Shown here piece after piece: positions 63,711-64,000 of a DNA stretch of 64,000 nt (the first letter of the stretch is position 1; each line of letters begins with the position of its first letter). Both the position numbers and the translations under genes were made by a program. The stretch is from positions 496,001 through 560,000 of the forward strand of contig NW_026782484.1 of the NCBI RefSeq assembly GCF_031769215.1. Reading direction: 5' to 3'. Below the pieces are notes generated by a model. That model was not told where the DNA came from and did not search any database. It saw nothing but the letters and a program-made list of their open reading frames with translations. The stretch comes from Ylistrum balloti (lineage: Eukaryota).

Positions 63711-63951
63711 TTTTATTTAGGAACTCTTGATAGTAGTCATGATTTTCTGTGAACACTGCTTATGCAATAATTTGGTCTCGGTCTGGGCAAGGATCTATTC
63801 ACAAATACAACTAAAAAAGATTATCAGAACATATTAGATCAGAGAGTTCAGGTGTTAAATGTCTAATAAAATCTTTAGTAGCTCTTCTGCCCTGTTCATG
63901 TCTTGTGATTGATTTAGTCTACAAGTCATTATATTACTTTTTGTATTTTAG

Positions 63952-64000
63952 AACTTACATCATCCAGGAGTTGTAAACTTAGAGAAGATGTTTGAAACTC
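63952..64000 (+). CDS. PRKD: Protein kinase D exon 14, truncated by the window end
   Basis: tttttgtattttag|AAC; NLHHPGVVNLEKMFET, the PKD subdomain IV motif. Confidence 0.93.

Overview
Eukaryotic, AT-rich, intron-containing genomic DNA. The repeat types suggest a marine invertebrate, probably a bivalve mollusc (inference). Two genes are supported, arranged head-to-head with 515 bp between their ATGs. (1) On the + strand is a protein kinase D (PRKD/PKD) gene: 14 coding exons reconstructed in one continuous frame from 15600 to the window end, covering the ULD, C1a, C1b, PH and the start of the kinase domain, and truncated by the window edge. (2) On the - strand is a two-exon, 135-aa stand-alone PH-domain protein ending in a CaaX box (CVVQ). 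The rest is intron or intergenic DNA. Roughly 40% of the window by my hand tally is minisatellite arrays, each with its own unit. There is also a decayed full-length Tc1-like transposon, a 176-bp MITE, tRNA-derived SINE-like copies and several Helentron/HINE-like non-autonomous elements. The most striking pattern is that six of the 13 PKD splice donors (exons 5, 7, 9, 10, 11, 13) have seeded a tandem array built from the exon end plus the donor itself. This creates decoy 5' splice sites that are variously retained, mutated or deleted. One retained copy predicts an in-frame 22-aa insertion. The same rule flags a candidate hidden alternative first exon in intron 2. Most long ORFs in the supplied track are repeat artefacts. 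All coordinates were read by hand, and repeat boundaries are approximate.
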